This document shows, piece by piece, positions 10,663 to 20,096 of a stretch of DNA of 64,000 nucleotides. Both the position numbers and the translations under genes were made by a program. Position 1 is the first letter of the stretch, and each line of letters opens with the position of its first letter. The DNA comes from an uncultured Verrucomicrobiae bacterium (GTDB lineage Bacteria > Verrucomicrobiota > Verrucomicrobiia > Chthoniobacterales > Chthoniobacteraceae), in contig CAWIKF010000002.1 in NCBI GenBank assembly GCA_963836755.1, positions 1,568,001-1,632,000 of the forward strand. Reading direction: 5' to 3'. The notes under the pieces were generated by a model. That model had not been told where the DNA came from and searched no databases. It saw only the letters and a list, made by a program, of their open reading frames with translations.

Positions 10663-11283
10663 ATGAACACTAAAAATGCTCTCCTCGCGGCGTCGCTTTC
10701 CTTTGCGTGTGCGACGCCGCTCTTCGCGCAGAACGAGCCGACTCTGTCGCCGTCTCCTCAGCAAAGTCCCGCGCATCAATGGGGCAGCGGGATGGATCAG
10801 GCGGACCGTGAGAAACTGAAGGCCGCGTTCACCAAAGCAATGCAAGACCCAAAAGTTCAAGCGGCGCAAGAGAAACAACAAGGGGCTGGGAAGGAGTTTC
10901 GCGACACCGTTCGTCCTTTGTTGATCACGGAAGATTCTTCGCTCGCGCCAATCCTCGAGAAAATGGAAAAGGCGGCGAGTGACGAGTCAGGCGCGAAAGA
11001 GCGCGGCGCTCAGGCCGGCGGATTCGCAGGCCGCGGCGGGATCATGCGGGCGATGGCAACTTTGACGCCGGACGAGCGACAGAAGCTCATGGCCGCGCAG
11101 CAAAAAATTAAGGAAAAGCCGGAAGTGAAGGCAGCGGAAGAAAAGCGGCGCGTGGCCTTGCAGCAATTTACCAAAACGCTACGCGAGGCAATGCTCGCAG
11201 CGGATCCGTCCGTCGCCCCGTTGCTCGATCAGATGGAGCAGGCTCGCGTCCAAGGCAACCATCGCGGCGGCGGCAACCAATAG
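10663..11283 (+). CDS. Secreted helical protein with an internal duplication (function unknown)
   Basis: Signal peptide (..PLFA-Q); two similar ~55-aa K/E/A-rich helical units. Confidence 0.7.
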   Translation: MNTKNALLAASLSFACATPLFAQNEPTLSPSPQQSPAHQWGSGMDQADREKLKAAFTKAMQDPKVQAAQEKQQGAGKEFRDTVRPLLITEDSSLAPILEKMEKAASDESGAKERGAQAGGFAGRGGIMRAMATLTPDERQKLMAAQQKIKEKPEVKAAEEKRRVALQQFTKTLREAMLAADPSVAPLLDQMEQARVQGNHRGGGNQ

Positions 11284-11296
11284 ATTGGGAAGTCTC

Positions 11297-11338
11297 AAAC
11301 GCAAGCGCACCGCTTTTTGCCGGCGGCGCGCTTCGTTT
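11297..11338. terminator. Hairpin between convergent genes (possible bidirectional terminator)
   Basis: AAACG(C)AAGCGC-ACCGCT ... GGCGGC-GCGCTT-CGTTT imperfect inverted repeat. Confidence 0.45.
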
Positions 11339-11592
11339 TACAAAGCGGGCGGCGCGGCCGGCAGTGGCTGCGGCTGGAGCGTTGGCGCAGCAGGAGATGC
11401 TGGAGGTTCCTTCACTACTCGATACGTAGTGGAGCGGTGATCGTCTCGACCGAGGAGCGTGAGATTGTGTTCCCGTGTCGTCCATGGGCCGCTCGCTTTG
11501 TCCGGCGCATAAAGGTCGCGCTTGTTCGAGGTCGTCGTGCAGGCCGCGAATGAAAACACGGTGGCGAGGGCGAGGGAGGAAGCAAATTTCAC
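11338..11592 (-). CDS. Small lipoprotein (84 aa) with Pro-rich tail
   Basis: GTG start gives [18 protein letters not shown] with a lipobox-like FAAC. A promoter-like element lies directly upstream. Confidence 0.65.
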   Translation of the reverse strand: MKFASSLALATVFSFAACTTTSNKRDLYAPDKASGPWTTREHNLTLLGRDDHRSTTYRVVKEPPASPAAPTLQPQPLPAAPPAL

Positions 11593-11599
11593 GGCGCTG

Positions 11600-11628
11600 A
11601 TGGCAGCAAATTCCTCCCGAACTGTCAA
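11600..11628 (-). promoter_or_regulatory. Sigma70-type promoter, probably leaderless
   Basis: TTGACA, 17 nt, TGCCAT, 7 nt, then GTG start at 11592. Confidence 0.5.
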
Positions 11629-11691
11629 CGAGGCTCGCGCAGAAAAACTGTTGCTCAAACATTTCCGCTCGCTACTTTCACACCCCTTCGC

Positions 11692-12705
11692 ATGATCATT
11701 GTTACAAAACCAGACGCGACCGAGGCGCAGATCGCTCACATCGTCGATCGCATCAAAGAATGGGGATTAAAGGCGGAAGTCAGCCGCGGCGCCGTGCGCG
11801 TGGTGATCGGCGTGATCGGCCCGGAAGACGTCATCAGCGAAAAACCGCTCGCCGCGATGCCCGGCGTCGAGTCCGTCACGCCCGTGCTGAAACCCTACAA
11901 GCTCGTCGCGCATGAGTTTCGTCAAACGCCTTCGCACGTCAAAGTAGGCGGCGTCACCGTCGGCGCGAACGAGCTCGTCATCATGTCCGGCCCGTGCTCG
12001 GTGGAAACGCGCGATCAAATCATTTCCATCGCGCGCGAAGTCAAAAATGCCGGCGCGAAAATATTGCGCGGCGGCGCATTCAAGCCGCGCACTTCGCCCT
12101 ACGCATTCCAGGGACTCGGCGTCGACGGATTGAAAATGCTCGCCGAGGCGCGCGAAGCCACGGGTTTGCCAGTCATCACCGAGATCATGGATACGAAAGA
12201 TCTCGAGGTGATCGAGAAATACGCGGACTGCCTTCAAATCGGCGCGCGCAACATGCAGAACTTTTCGCTCTTGAAAGAAGTCGGGCGCAGCAAGCTGCCC
12301 GTGATGCTCAAGCGCGGCATGAGCGCGACGATCAAAGATTTGCTGATGAGCGCGGAATACATTTTGAGCGAAGGAAATTTCAACGTGCTCCTTTGCGAGC
12401 GCGGCATCCGCACCTTTGAAACTTTTACGCGCAACACACTCGATCTGAACGCCGTTCCGGTCTTGAAAAGCGAGACGCACCTGCCAGTCGTCGTCGATCC
12501 CACGCACGGCATCGGCCTGCGCGAGCACATCCCGCAAATGGCGCTTGCCGCCGTCGCCGCGGGCGCGGACGCGCTGATGATCGAAGTGCACAACTCGCCG
12601 GAATTTGCGAAAAGCGACGGCGAGCAGGCACTGATGCCCGCTGAATTCAACGACCTCGTCGCGCGCGTGCGTGCGGTTGCGGAAGCCGTCGGGCGGTCGG
12701 TATGA
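11692..12705 (+). CDS. aroF: DAHP synthase class I-beta with N-terminal regulatory domain
   Basis: [44 protein letters not shown]. Confidence 0.95.
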   Translation: MIIVTKPDATEAQIAHIVDRIKEWGLKAEVSRGAVRVVIGVIGPEDVISEKPLAAMPGVESVTPVLKPYKLVAHEFRQTPSHVKVGGVTVGANELVIMSGPCSVETRDQIISIAREVKNAGAKILRGGAFKPRTSPYAFQGLGVDGLKMLAEAREATGLPVITEIMDTKDLEVIEKYADCLQIGARNMQNFSLLKEVGRSKLPVMLKRGMSATIKDLLMSAEYILSEGNFNVLLCERGIRTFETFTRNTLDLNAVPVLKSETHLPVVVDPTHGIGLREHIPQMALAAVAAGADALMIEVHNSPEFAKSDGEQALMPAEFNDLVARVRAVAEAVGRSV

Positions 12706-12755
12706 AAACAGAGCTTGCCGGGCTCGAACAGGTTGCTGTAAAACGTGGGTTAAAT

Positions 12756-13208
12756 ATGTGGAAAGAATTCAAAGCCTTTGCCATCAAGGGCAACATGATC
12801 GATCTCGCGATCGGTGTCGTGATCGGCGCAGCCTTCGGCAAAGTGGTCGAATCGCTCGTTCGCGACATCATCATGCCGCCGATCAGCCTCCTGACGGGCG
12901 GCATCAATTTCGACAACAAGTTCTTCGTCCTGAAAGCTGCGAAGGATGGCACCACGGTTTTCAACACGCTCGATGCCGCACAGAAAGCCGGTGCGACTAC
13001 GCTCGCTTACGGAAATTTCATCACGCTGCTGATCAATTTTGTCATCATCGCCTTCGCCGTTTTCATGGTCGTCAAAGCGTTAAACAAAATGAAACGCCCC
13101 GAAGCTTCCGCCGCTCCAACGTCGAAGGATTGTCCGTTTTGCCTGATGACGATTCCTGTCAAGGCGACGCGCTGCCCGCATTGCACGTCGGAACTTGCGA
13201 CGGCTTGA
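12756..13208 (+). CDS. mscL: Large-conductance mechanosensitive channel with C-terminal zinc ribbon
   Basis: [48 protein letters not shown]-terminal CPFC..CPHC. Confidence 0.93.
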   Translation: MWKEFKAFAIKGNMIDLAIGVVIGAAFGKVVESLVRDIIMPPISLLTGGINFDNKFFVLKAAKDGTTVFNTLDAAQKAGATTLAYGNFITLLINFVIIAFAVFMVVKALNKMKRPEASAAPTSKDCPFCLMTIPVKATRCPHCTSELATA

Positions 13209-13253
13209 TCAGCGCATTTGCGCTTTCTCCACGCGAGGTAAATTGCCTGCTCC

Positions 13254-15830
13254 ATGCAGGCCGCGATTGAATCCCGAGTCTTTGATTGGTTTGAAGCGCG
13301 CTACGGCCAGCCGACGCCCGCGCAGCGCGACGCATGGCCGAAAATCGCCGGGGGCAAAAATGTTCTCATTGCCTCGCCGACCGGCACTGGCAAAACGTTC
13401 GCGGCTTTTCTCAGCGTGCTCGATGAACTTTCGCGCGCCGAACTGAGCGACGCGATTTACTGCGTTTACGTTTCGCCGCTGCGTGCGCTGGCTTACGACC
13501 TCGAAAAGAATCTGCGCGAGCCGTTGCGGGAAATTTTTGGCGACGAAAAAAGTTCGCCGATTCGCGTCGGCTTGCGCAGCGGAGACACGAGCGGCCACCT
13601 CCGCGCGAAACAATTTTCGCGGCCGCCGCACATTCTGCTGACCACGCCCGAAAGCTTATGCCTGCTGCTGTCGCAGCCGCGCTGGCTGCCGCATTTCGCG
13701 CGCGTGCGCTGGCTCGTCGTGGATGAAATTCACGCGCTCGCGGAAAATAAACGCGGTGCGCATTTGAGTCTCAGTGTCGAGCGGCTCGCAGAATGGTGCG
13801 CGCCAAAAGACATCCAGCGCATCGGCCTTTCCGCGACCGTCGCGCCGCTCGATGAAGTCGGGAAATTTCTCACCGGCACCAATGGCGAATGCGAGATCGT
13901 CGATGTCTCCGCGGCAAAGAAAATCCAGCTGAGCGTGCATACGCCGCTGCGAAGAAATCCGTATCCTGAAGCGGGTTACACGGGCCAGCGGTTGATTCGC
14001 GAACTCGGCCAACTCATTAAAAAAAATCGGACGACGCTCGTTTTCACGAACACGCGATCGGGCGCGGAGGCCGCTACTTTCTGGCTGCGCGAGGTTTTGC
14101 CTGAAATTGCCGAGGAGATCGAATGCCATCACGCGTCGCTCGATCGCGATGTGCGGCTGACGGTTGAGGATCGTTTAAAACGCGGCGAACTTCGCGCGGT
14201 CGTTTGTTCGACCAGCCTTGAGCTCGGCATCGACATCGGATCGATCGATCTCGTTGTCATGCTTTCAACGCCGAAGGGCGTGAGCCGCGCGCTGCAAAGA
14301 ACGGGCCGCAGCGGGCATAATATTCACACGACAAGTCGCGGGATTTTGATGGCAACAAACGTTAACGACCTGGTCGAAGCGTGCGCGACCGTTCTGCTCG
14401 CGCGCGCGCGGCATCTCGACTTCGTGCGACTGCCGGATGCGCCGCTCGACATTCTCGCGCAGCATCTCGTGAGCATGGGTTGCGCTCGTCGCTGGTTGCG
14501 GGACGAAGCTTTCGCGCTTGTCAAACAAGCGTATCCGTATCGCGATTTGCAGCGGGCGGAGTTTGACGACGTGCTCGATTACCTCGCCGGCGGCGGGCAG
14601 GCGCTGCGGCTGCAATATGCCGAGGTCTTTGGAAAAATTGAGCTGGATGACCAAAGTTTCCTGACGCGGCCGGGCGCTGTGCAGCGCGATTTTTTGCAAA
14701 ATGTTGGCGTGATTCCAAACGTTGGCGTCGTGAACGTCCGCTTAAAGAATCGAACGCTTGGGTCGGTCGAGGAAATGTTCATCCGCCAGCTTAAACCGGG
14801 CGATGTCTTCGTGATGGCAGGCCGACCGGTGCGGGTCGAGCGCGTGAGTCAAATGGAGGTTTTTGTGGAGCGTGCCGATCACGCGCTGCCCACGATCCCG
14901 CGGTGGAATGCAAACAAGATGCCGCTTTCCAATAACGTCGCGCGCGAGATCAGCGGTTTTCGCAGCGAGCTGCGGCAGCGACTGGAATCGGCGAAGCCCG
15001 AGAATGAAAAGTGGATTGCGAAGCGACTCGATTGCGGCGCGGCAAATGCAGAGATTATCTGCAAAATGTATGCGGCGCAGCATGCGCTTTCGGAAATTCC
15101 GACGGATGATTTTTTGCTCGTCGAGGAGTTCAATGCGAGCGCGGCGGAGATGGCGTCAAAGTTGCCGGGCTCGAAATTGAGACACGGCCAAATGCGCGAT
15201 GTTTGGTCGGGACCGGCGCGGCATTATTTTTTCCATTCGCTGATCGGCCGCGCGTGCAACGACGCACTCTCGCGCGTGTTCACGGCGCGGCTGAGCAAGC
15301 TGCGCGGCGGCAACGCGATTGCGACGCCGCACGATTATGGTTTTGTGCTGACGGTTGCGCAGGGGCAATTTTTTACGGCGGAGGAAATTCCGATGTTGCT
15401 CTCGGCGGAAAATTTCATCGCGGATTTTCATGCGGCGCTTGCCAATTCCGACATGTTGAAATTTCATTTTCGCAATGCCGCGCAGACCGGCCTGATGGTT
15501 TACCGAAATTTTTTCGCGCAGCGAAAATCGGTGCGCAAACTGCAATGGTCGGCGGAAGTGATTTTTAATGTGCTGCAGCAATACGAGCCCGACCACGTCT
15601 TGATGCGTGCGGCGCGGCGCGACTCGATGCACCACTTTCTCGACGCCGATGGCGCGCTCGATTTTTTGCAGCAAAAAAAGCCGGTGCGGCTGCGGCCGAT
15701 CGATCGCGTGCCGCCGCTTTCCTTCGCGATGTATGCCACGAAAATCAAGGAGGCGCTGCTCGTCGAGGATCCGGCGGAGACGATGGAACGGTTGTTTCAC
15801 ATCTGGTGGAGCGAGCTGGAAAATGGATAG
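13254..15830 (+). CDS. lhr: Lhr-family (ligase-associated type) DEXH helicase
   Basis: PTPAQ, SPTGTGKT, SPLRAL, TTPESL, DEIH, KRG, GLSAT, SLELGIDIG, QRTGRSGH; ~860-aa Lhr-core length. Confidence 0.9.
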   Translation: MQAAIESRVFDWFEARYGQPTPAQRDAWPKIAGGKNVLIASPTGTGKTFAAFLSVLDELSRAELSDAIYCVYVSPLRALAYDLEKNLREPLREIFGDEKSSPIRVGLRSGDTSGHLRAKQFSRPPHILLTTPESLCLLLSQPRWLPHFARVRWLVVDEIHALAENKRGAHLSLSVERLAEWCAPKDIQRIGLSATVAPLDEVGKFLTGTNGECEIVDVSAAKKIQLSVHTPLRRNPYPEAGYTGQRLIRELGQLIKKNRTTLVFTNTRSGAEAATFWLREVLPEIAEEIECHHASLDRDVRLTVEDRLKRGELRAVVCSTSLELGIDIGSIDLVVMLSTPKGVSRALQRTGRSGHNIHTTSRGILMATNVNDLVEACATVLLARARHLDFVRLPDAPLDILAQHLVSMGCARRWLRDEAFALVKQAYPYRDLQRAEFDDVLDYLAGGGQALRLQYAEVFGKIELDDQSFLTRPGAVQRDFLQNVGVIPNVGVVNVRLKNRTLGSVEEMFIRQLKPGDVFVMAGRPVRVERVSQMEVFVERADHALPTIPRWNANKMPLSNNVAREISGFRSELRQRLESAKPENEKWIAKRLDCGAANAEIICKMYAAQHALSEIPTDDFLLVEEFNASAAEMASKLPGSKLRHGQMRDVWSGPARHYFFHSLIGRACNDALSRVFTARLSKLRGGNAIATPHDYGFVLTVAQGQFFTAEEIPMLLSAENFIADFHAALANSDMLKFHFRNAAQTGLMVYRNFFAQRKSVRKLQWSAEVIFNVLQQYEPDHVLMRAARRDSMHHFLDADGALDFLQQKKPVRLRPIDRVPPLSFAMYATKIKEALLVEDPAETMERLFHIWWSELENG

Positions 15831-16557
15831 GTCGCGGCTCGAGATCGCGCCGGAGATTTGCCTCGATGCGCGGCGCGCGGTTTTTTTGCGCGAAACGCGG
15901 ACGTTGATCGTCGCGGATTTGCACCTGGGCTATGCGTGGGCGCACCGGCACGGCGGACAATTGCTGCCAATTTCCGCGCGCGAGGATTCGCTGGCGCGGT
16001 TGATGGAAATGGTCGCGGATTACGCGCCGCGCGAACTGGTTTTGCTCGGGGACATTGTGCATCGCGCGGTGCCGGTCGCCGCGTTGAAAGAGGAGTTGTG
16101 CGGCATTTTTCACGCGTTAAACAATCAGCTTCAACTCGTATTGATCGCGGGGAATCACGATCGGAATCTCGCGCGCCTGCTCGACGAATGCGGATTGCCC
16201 GCGAACGTGAGAACGGAGTTTCAGTCGGGCAAAAATTTGCTCGTCCATGGCGATGCGCGCCTCAATGTTTGCAGCCGCCGTGCGGAGATCAATGCGAACG
16301 GCGGGCGCGTTTTCATCGGCCACGAGCATCCCGCGATCACGCTTTCCGGAGGCGTCGGCACGAGCGCGAAGTGTCCCTGTTTTTTAATCAGTCCCGAAGT
16401 CATCGTGCTGCCTGCGTTCTCGCGCTGGGCCGCGGGAACCAATGTTCAGAGCCATCCGCGCATGTCGCCATGGGCGGCGGGCATCGTCTTTTCACACGCC
16501 GTCGCGGCCGTGGGTGGAAAGTTGCTCTCGGTTCCGCTGCACGCGCCCTGCGGCTGA
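15823..16557 (+). CDS. Lhr-associated metallophosphoesterase/endonuclease (PdeM/MPE family)
   Basis: ADLHLG, LGDIVH, GNHD, HGD, GHEHP and LPAFS motifs; overlaps the lhr stop. Confidence 0.85.
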   Translation: MDRSRLEIAPEICLDARRAVFLRETRTLIVADLHLGYAWAHRHGGQLLPISAREDSLARLMEMVADYAPRELVLLGDIVHRAVPVAALKEELCGIFHALNNQLQLVLIAGNHDRNLARLLDECGLPANVRTEFQSGKNLLVHGDARLNVCSRRAEINANGGRVFIGHEHPAITLSGGVGTSAKCPCFLISPEVIVLPAFSRWAAGTNVQSHPRMSPWAAGIVFSHAVAAVGGKLLSVPLHAPCG

Positions 16558-16574
16558 GTTGCGAATATAATGTG

Positions 16575-17078
16575 ATGCCCACCAAAAAGGTCGCACCGTC
16601 CGAGCGAGCAGACGAAAAGCAGGGTCTGCGTTGCAAATTGCGCGAAGGGTTTCGCATCTTTTCAAGCACGACCTCGCGGCTCGTCGGCACAGCATGGGCT
16701 TTCGCGGCCGCGATCCTCATCATTGTCGTCTGGGGTTTGAGCGGCCCCGCATTTCACTATTCGGACACGTGGCAACTCGTCATCAACACCGGCACGACCA
16801 TTGTCACGTTCCTTATGGTGTTTCTCATTCAGAACACGCAGAACCGTGATGCAAAGGCGATTCATCTGAAGCTCGATGAGTTGATCCATGCGATGAAAGG
16901 CGCGCGCAATGAGTTGGTGGATCTGGAAAAACTTTCGGACGACGATTTGAAGAAACTCGAGGATCAGTTCGAGGCGATCCACGACCGCGCGAACGGGCAT
17001 CAGTCGAAGCGCGCTGAAGCGGCTGAAAACATGACGAAGAAGATCAGCTCGAAGCTGAAGGAGCGCTCCGGCGACTAA
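16575..17078 (+). CDS. Low-affinity iron permease family (Fet4-like) small membrane protein
   Basis: [42 protein letters not shown] signature. Confidence 0.88.
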   Translation: MPTKKVAPSERADEKQGLRCKLREGFRIFSSTTSRLVGTAWAFAAAILIIVVWGLSGPAFHYSDTWQLVINTGTTIVTFLMVFLIQNTQNRDAKAIHLKLDELIHAMKGARNELVDLEKLSDDDLKKLEDQFEAIHDRANGHQSKRAEAAENMTKKISSKLKERSGD

Positions 17079-17857
17079 GCTGACAAAAGGCGGACCGGCA
17101 CATCGCGCTCGGCGAGGAACTTTTTCACATCGTCCACAGTGAACTCGCCGAAGTGAAAAATACTTGCAGCTAGCACGGCGTCGGCCTTGCCGAGCTGCAG
17201 CACCTCGGCAAGATGCTCGAGTCGACCCGCGCCGCCGCTCGCGACCACTGGCACGCCGACCGATTCGCTGACTTGCCGCGTGATTTCGATGTCGAATCCG
17301 GCTTTCGTTCCATCGGCGTCGATGCTGTTGAGCACGATCTCGCCGGCACCGAGTTTTTCGGCCTTTTGTGCCCAAGCGACAGCCTCGAGGCCGGTGGACT
17401 TGCGTCCGCCGTGGGAAAAAACTTCCCATCGGTTTGGCGCGACTTTTTTGCAATCGATTGACACGACGATGCATTGACTGCCGAAGCGCGCGGCTCCGCG
17501 CGTGATCAGTTCCGGCGTCGCGAGCGCGCTTGAGTTGATGCTCGTTTTATCCGCGCCGGCCTTCAGCATCACGCTCATGTCCTCGACTGTGCGGATGCCT
17601 CCGCCGACGGTCAGCGGCATGAAACATTGATCCGCTGTCCGCTCGATCACCTCGATCATCGAGGCGCGGCCGTGCGCAGTCGCCGTGATGTCGAAAAACA
17701 CCATTTCGTCCGCTCCCTGCCGGTCGTAGCGCAACGCCAGCTCCACCGGATCGCCGACGTTTCGTAGCTCACCCGCCTCCGCTTTGCCAAATTGGACGCC
17801 GCGGGTGACCTGGCCGTTGTGGACGTCGAGGCAGGGGATGACACGTTTGATCAACAT
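17075..17857 (-). CDS. hisF: Imidazole glycerol phosphate synthase cyclase subunit
   Basis: [44 protein letters not shown]. Confidence 0.96.
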   Translation of the reverse strand: MLIKRVIPCLDVHNGQVTRGVQFGKAEAGELRNVGDPVELALRYDRQGADEMVFFDITATAHGRASMIEVIERTADQCFMPLTVGGGIRTVEDMSVMLKAGADKTSINSSALATPELITRGAARFGSQCIVVSIDCKKVAPNRWEVFSHGGRKSTGLEAVAWAQKAEKLGAGEIVLNSIDADGTKAGFDIEITRQVSESVGVPVVASGGAGRLEHLAEVLQLGKADAVLAASIFHFGEFTVDDVKKFLAERDVPVRLLSA

Positions 17858-18010
17858 AACCGTTTTGTGCGCAAAAATTTGTGATTCTGAGAAATTTGCC
17901 CGCAGATCAAGGCTTTACGCCGAATGATGAAAAATTTGGTTGACTAGTGACCGCGAGTTTCCAATATCGCGACTTTTTACGGGCGATCACAACCTTCGTT
18001 TTAACGAAAT

Positions 18011-19294
18011 ATGGGCAAGACCAATTCACCAAAGACCAGCAAAGCCGACAACGGCGAGCTAGACAACGGCAAACCCGCGGCCGGCAAGGCTGCAGGCACC
18101 AAAGCAAAACGCGCCGGCGCGTTCAGCATCGGCAAGGAGCCCATCTCCGGTCCGACCGAAGAGAACGTCCACAAATACGAGGCCACCCGCGAGCCCGCGC
18201 CCACTCCGGCGTTTGAAAACTTGGGCGAGCTCCCAAAGACCTACGGAACCTCCACCGTTTACCTCGTCGCGCGCGATCCGCACTGGCTCTTTTCGTATTG
18301 GGACATTGATGCGGCCGCCTTTCCTGCCGCCACCTGGTTCTTAAAAATCAGCACGGGCGACGGCGCCGACGAATCGTCCATCGAGATCAATCTCGAGGCG
18401 AGAAACTGGTATATTCCCGTCTCCAAACCCGGCACCGCCTACCGCGCCGAGATCGGTTTTTTCAAAGGCGACACATGGAATCCTGTGGCGAAGTCCGACC
18501 TCGCCACCGCTCCCGCCGACAAGCTCGCCGAGGAAACGCAGGCGACGTTCGCGACCGTTCCGCTCCATCTCACATTTCAGCGCCTGCTGGAAATGGTCCG
18601 CAGCAGCATGCAGAAGGGCGAAACCCTCGTTCAGGCGCTCGCTCGGCTTCAGGGTGAAGGCAGGCGCGCCGCCTTTGGCAGCAGCAGCGCCGGGTGGAGC
18701 GACGAGCAGCGGCAGGTTCTTGCTGCCCTCTTCGGCAAAGAGCTCGTCGACCGCATCGGCATGAGCTCTGGAGAAATCGACCAAGTGCTTCGCAAGGAGC
18801 TCCTGGAAAATCTCAACACCGAAAGCGCCAGCGGCCTCGTCAGCAAATCGCGCCTCATCGAACTGGCCGCTCCCGGCGAAAGCAGCCTCTTCAGCGGCAT
18901 CTTCGGCAAGCTCGCCGAGACTGCGTGGGGCTCCGAAGTCAGCAGTTGGTTCAGCGCCCTCGGCGCGAGCTGGAGCGCCCAGCCATTCAGCCAGGAAAAG
19001 CCGCGCGAATTCTTCATGCACGTCAACGCCGAAGTCATCTTCTACGGCGGCACGCACCCCGACGCGCAAGTTTGGATCGACGGCAAAAAAATCGCGCTCA
19101 GCCCCGACGGCTCGTTCCGTTACCACTTCAAATTCCCCGACGGCGATTATCAAATCCCGATCGTTGCGAAATCGCCCGACGGCGTCGAGGAACGCTCCGC
19201 GTCGCTCGGCTTTCAACGCGCCACGGCGCGCAAAGGCGAAGTCGGCCACACCGAGCAGCCCGCGCACCTCGGGCACCCGATGGGGCAAAAGTAG
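18011..19294 (+). CDS. DUF4912-domain protein
   Basis: ELP.TYG..YLVARDPHWLFSYWD, NWYI; Ser-rich segment followed by FFMHVNAEVIFYGGTHPDA and an Ig-like C-terminus. Confidence 0.8.
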   Translation: MGKTNSPKTSKADNGELDNGKPAAGKAAGTKAKRAGAFSIGKEPISGPTEENVHKYEATREPAPTPAFENLGELPKTYGTSTVYLVARDPHWLFSYWDIDAAAFPAATWFLKISTGDGADESSIEINLEARNWYIPVSKPGTAYRAEIGFFKGDTWNPVAKSDLATAPADKLAEETQATFATVPLHLTFQRLLEMVRSSMQKGETLVQALARLQGEGRRAAFGSSSAGWSDEQRQVLAALFGKELVDRIGMSSGEIDQVLRKELLENLNTESASGLVSKSRLIELAAPGESSLFSGIFGKLAETAWGSEVSSWFSALGASWSAQPFSQEKPREFFMHVNAEVIFYGGTHPDAQVWIDGKKIALSPDGSFRYHFKFPDGDYQIPIVAKSPDGVEERSASLGFQRATARKGEVGHTEQPAHLGHPMGQK

Positions 19295-19420
19295 GCCTCC
19301 TTTTCGCTTCGTATCAGGCCAAAGGCGGGAAGAGCCCGGAGGCCGGCAAAAAGAGCAGCATCGGCCGCGCAACGACGAGGTCGGACCTCAATTTACACTA
19401 GTGAGCTCGCGAAAATCGGA

Positions 19421-19619
19421 GGATTTTTGCCACCAAGCCTGGGATTTTCGCCGTCCAACGTGGGATTTTTGTCGCCAATCCTAGGATTCTCGGCTCCAAG
19501 CGTAGGATTTTCGCCTCCAATCCTAGGATTTTTCCAATCCATCCTAGGATTTTTGTCGCCAATCCTAGGATTTTTCCAATCCAGCGTAGGATTATTGACG
19601 CCAGTCCTGGGATTTTGCC
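19421..19619. repeat. Degenerate 21-bp tandem array (9 full units + 1 partial)
   Basis: Units start with GGATT every 21 bp (e.g. GGATTTTTGTCGCCAATCCTA twice). Several junctions form the palindrome AATCCTAGGATT. Confidence 0.95.
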
Positions 19620-19717
19620 ATCTGCGCGGGAGTTTTTACTGTTCCAGCGGAACGCACGCGCGCTAAAACTAGGCGCTAGACAAAGAAATCAACATTCAGA
19701 ATCACTGAACTGCAGCC

Positions 19718-20029
19718 ATGACCAGTGCCACCCAACGAAAAATTCTTCGCGTCGTTCACCTTGTCCTAAGCATCCCAGCGCTCGGCTATATTTACGGCAA
19801 GCCTGCGGAGATGGCGCAATACGCGGACGCGGTGCGCTTCGTTTTCGTGCCGATCATCATTCTTTCCGGCTTTTGGATGTATGCCGGCATCGTCTTCGCC
19901 CTGCTGGGCGTGGCGCTGTGGCTCGGTGGTTATTACTTTTTCGGCGTGGGCACGGCGATTCTTTGCCAGGTGGCGCTCTTCATCGCCCGGCAGATTTGGC
20001 TCGCGGTCCGTGCGCGCCGCGCGACGTGA
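19718..20029 (+). CDS. Small integral membrane protein, unknown function
   Basis: 103 aa, ~4 hydrophobic segments, RKILRVVHL PepSY-TM-like start. Confidence 0.65.
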   Translation: MTSATQRKILRVVHLVLSIPALGYIYGKPAEMAQYADAVRFVFVPIIILSGFWMYAGIVFALLGVALWLGGYYFFGVGTAILCQVALFIARQIWLAVRARRAT

Positions 20030-20096
20030 TTTTTTCCAAGGCCCTCGCGGGAAATTTCGATTCACACCATCGCGTCGGCGCAGGCATAGTCGGCGC

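Noticed and set aside
13254..16557. Helicase + nuclease pair as an anti-phage defence system
   Set aside because: It matches the Lhr/MPE DNA-repair pair and sits among housekeeping genes with no island features.
15607..16574. Long N-terminal extensions in the ORF track (15607, 15858, 19881, 26567, 30767, 31423, 43240, 47631)
   Set aside because: They overlap neighbouring genes or leaders; family-typical starts lie downstream.
19397..19412. SpeI-SacI-NruI run (ACTAGTGAGCTCGCGA) as vector polylinker contamination
   Set aside because: GAGCTC and TCGCGA are frequent throughout this window and no other vector sequence flanks it.
19421..19619. 21-bp array as a CRISPR
   Set aside because: The period is only 21 bp, the variable parts are related to each other rather than unique spacers, and no cas genes are present.
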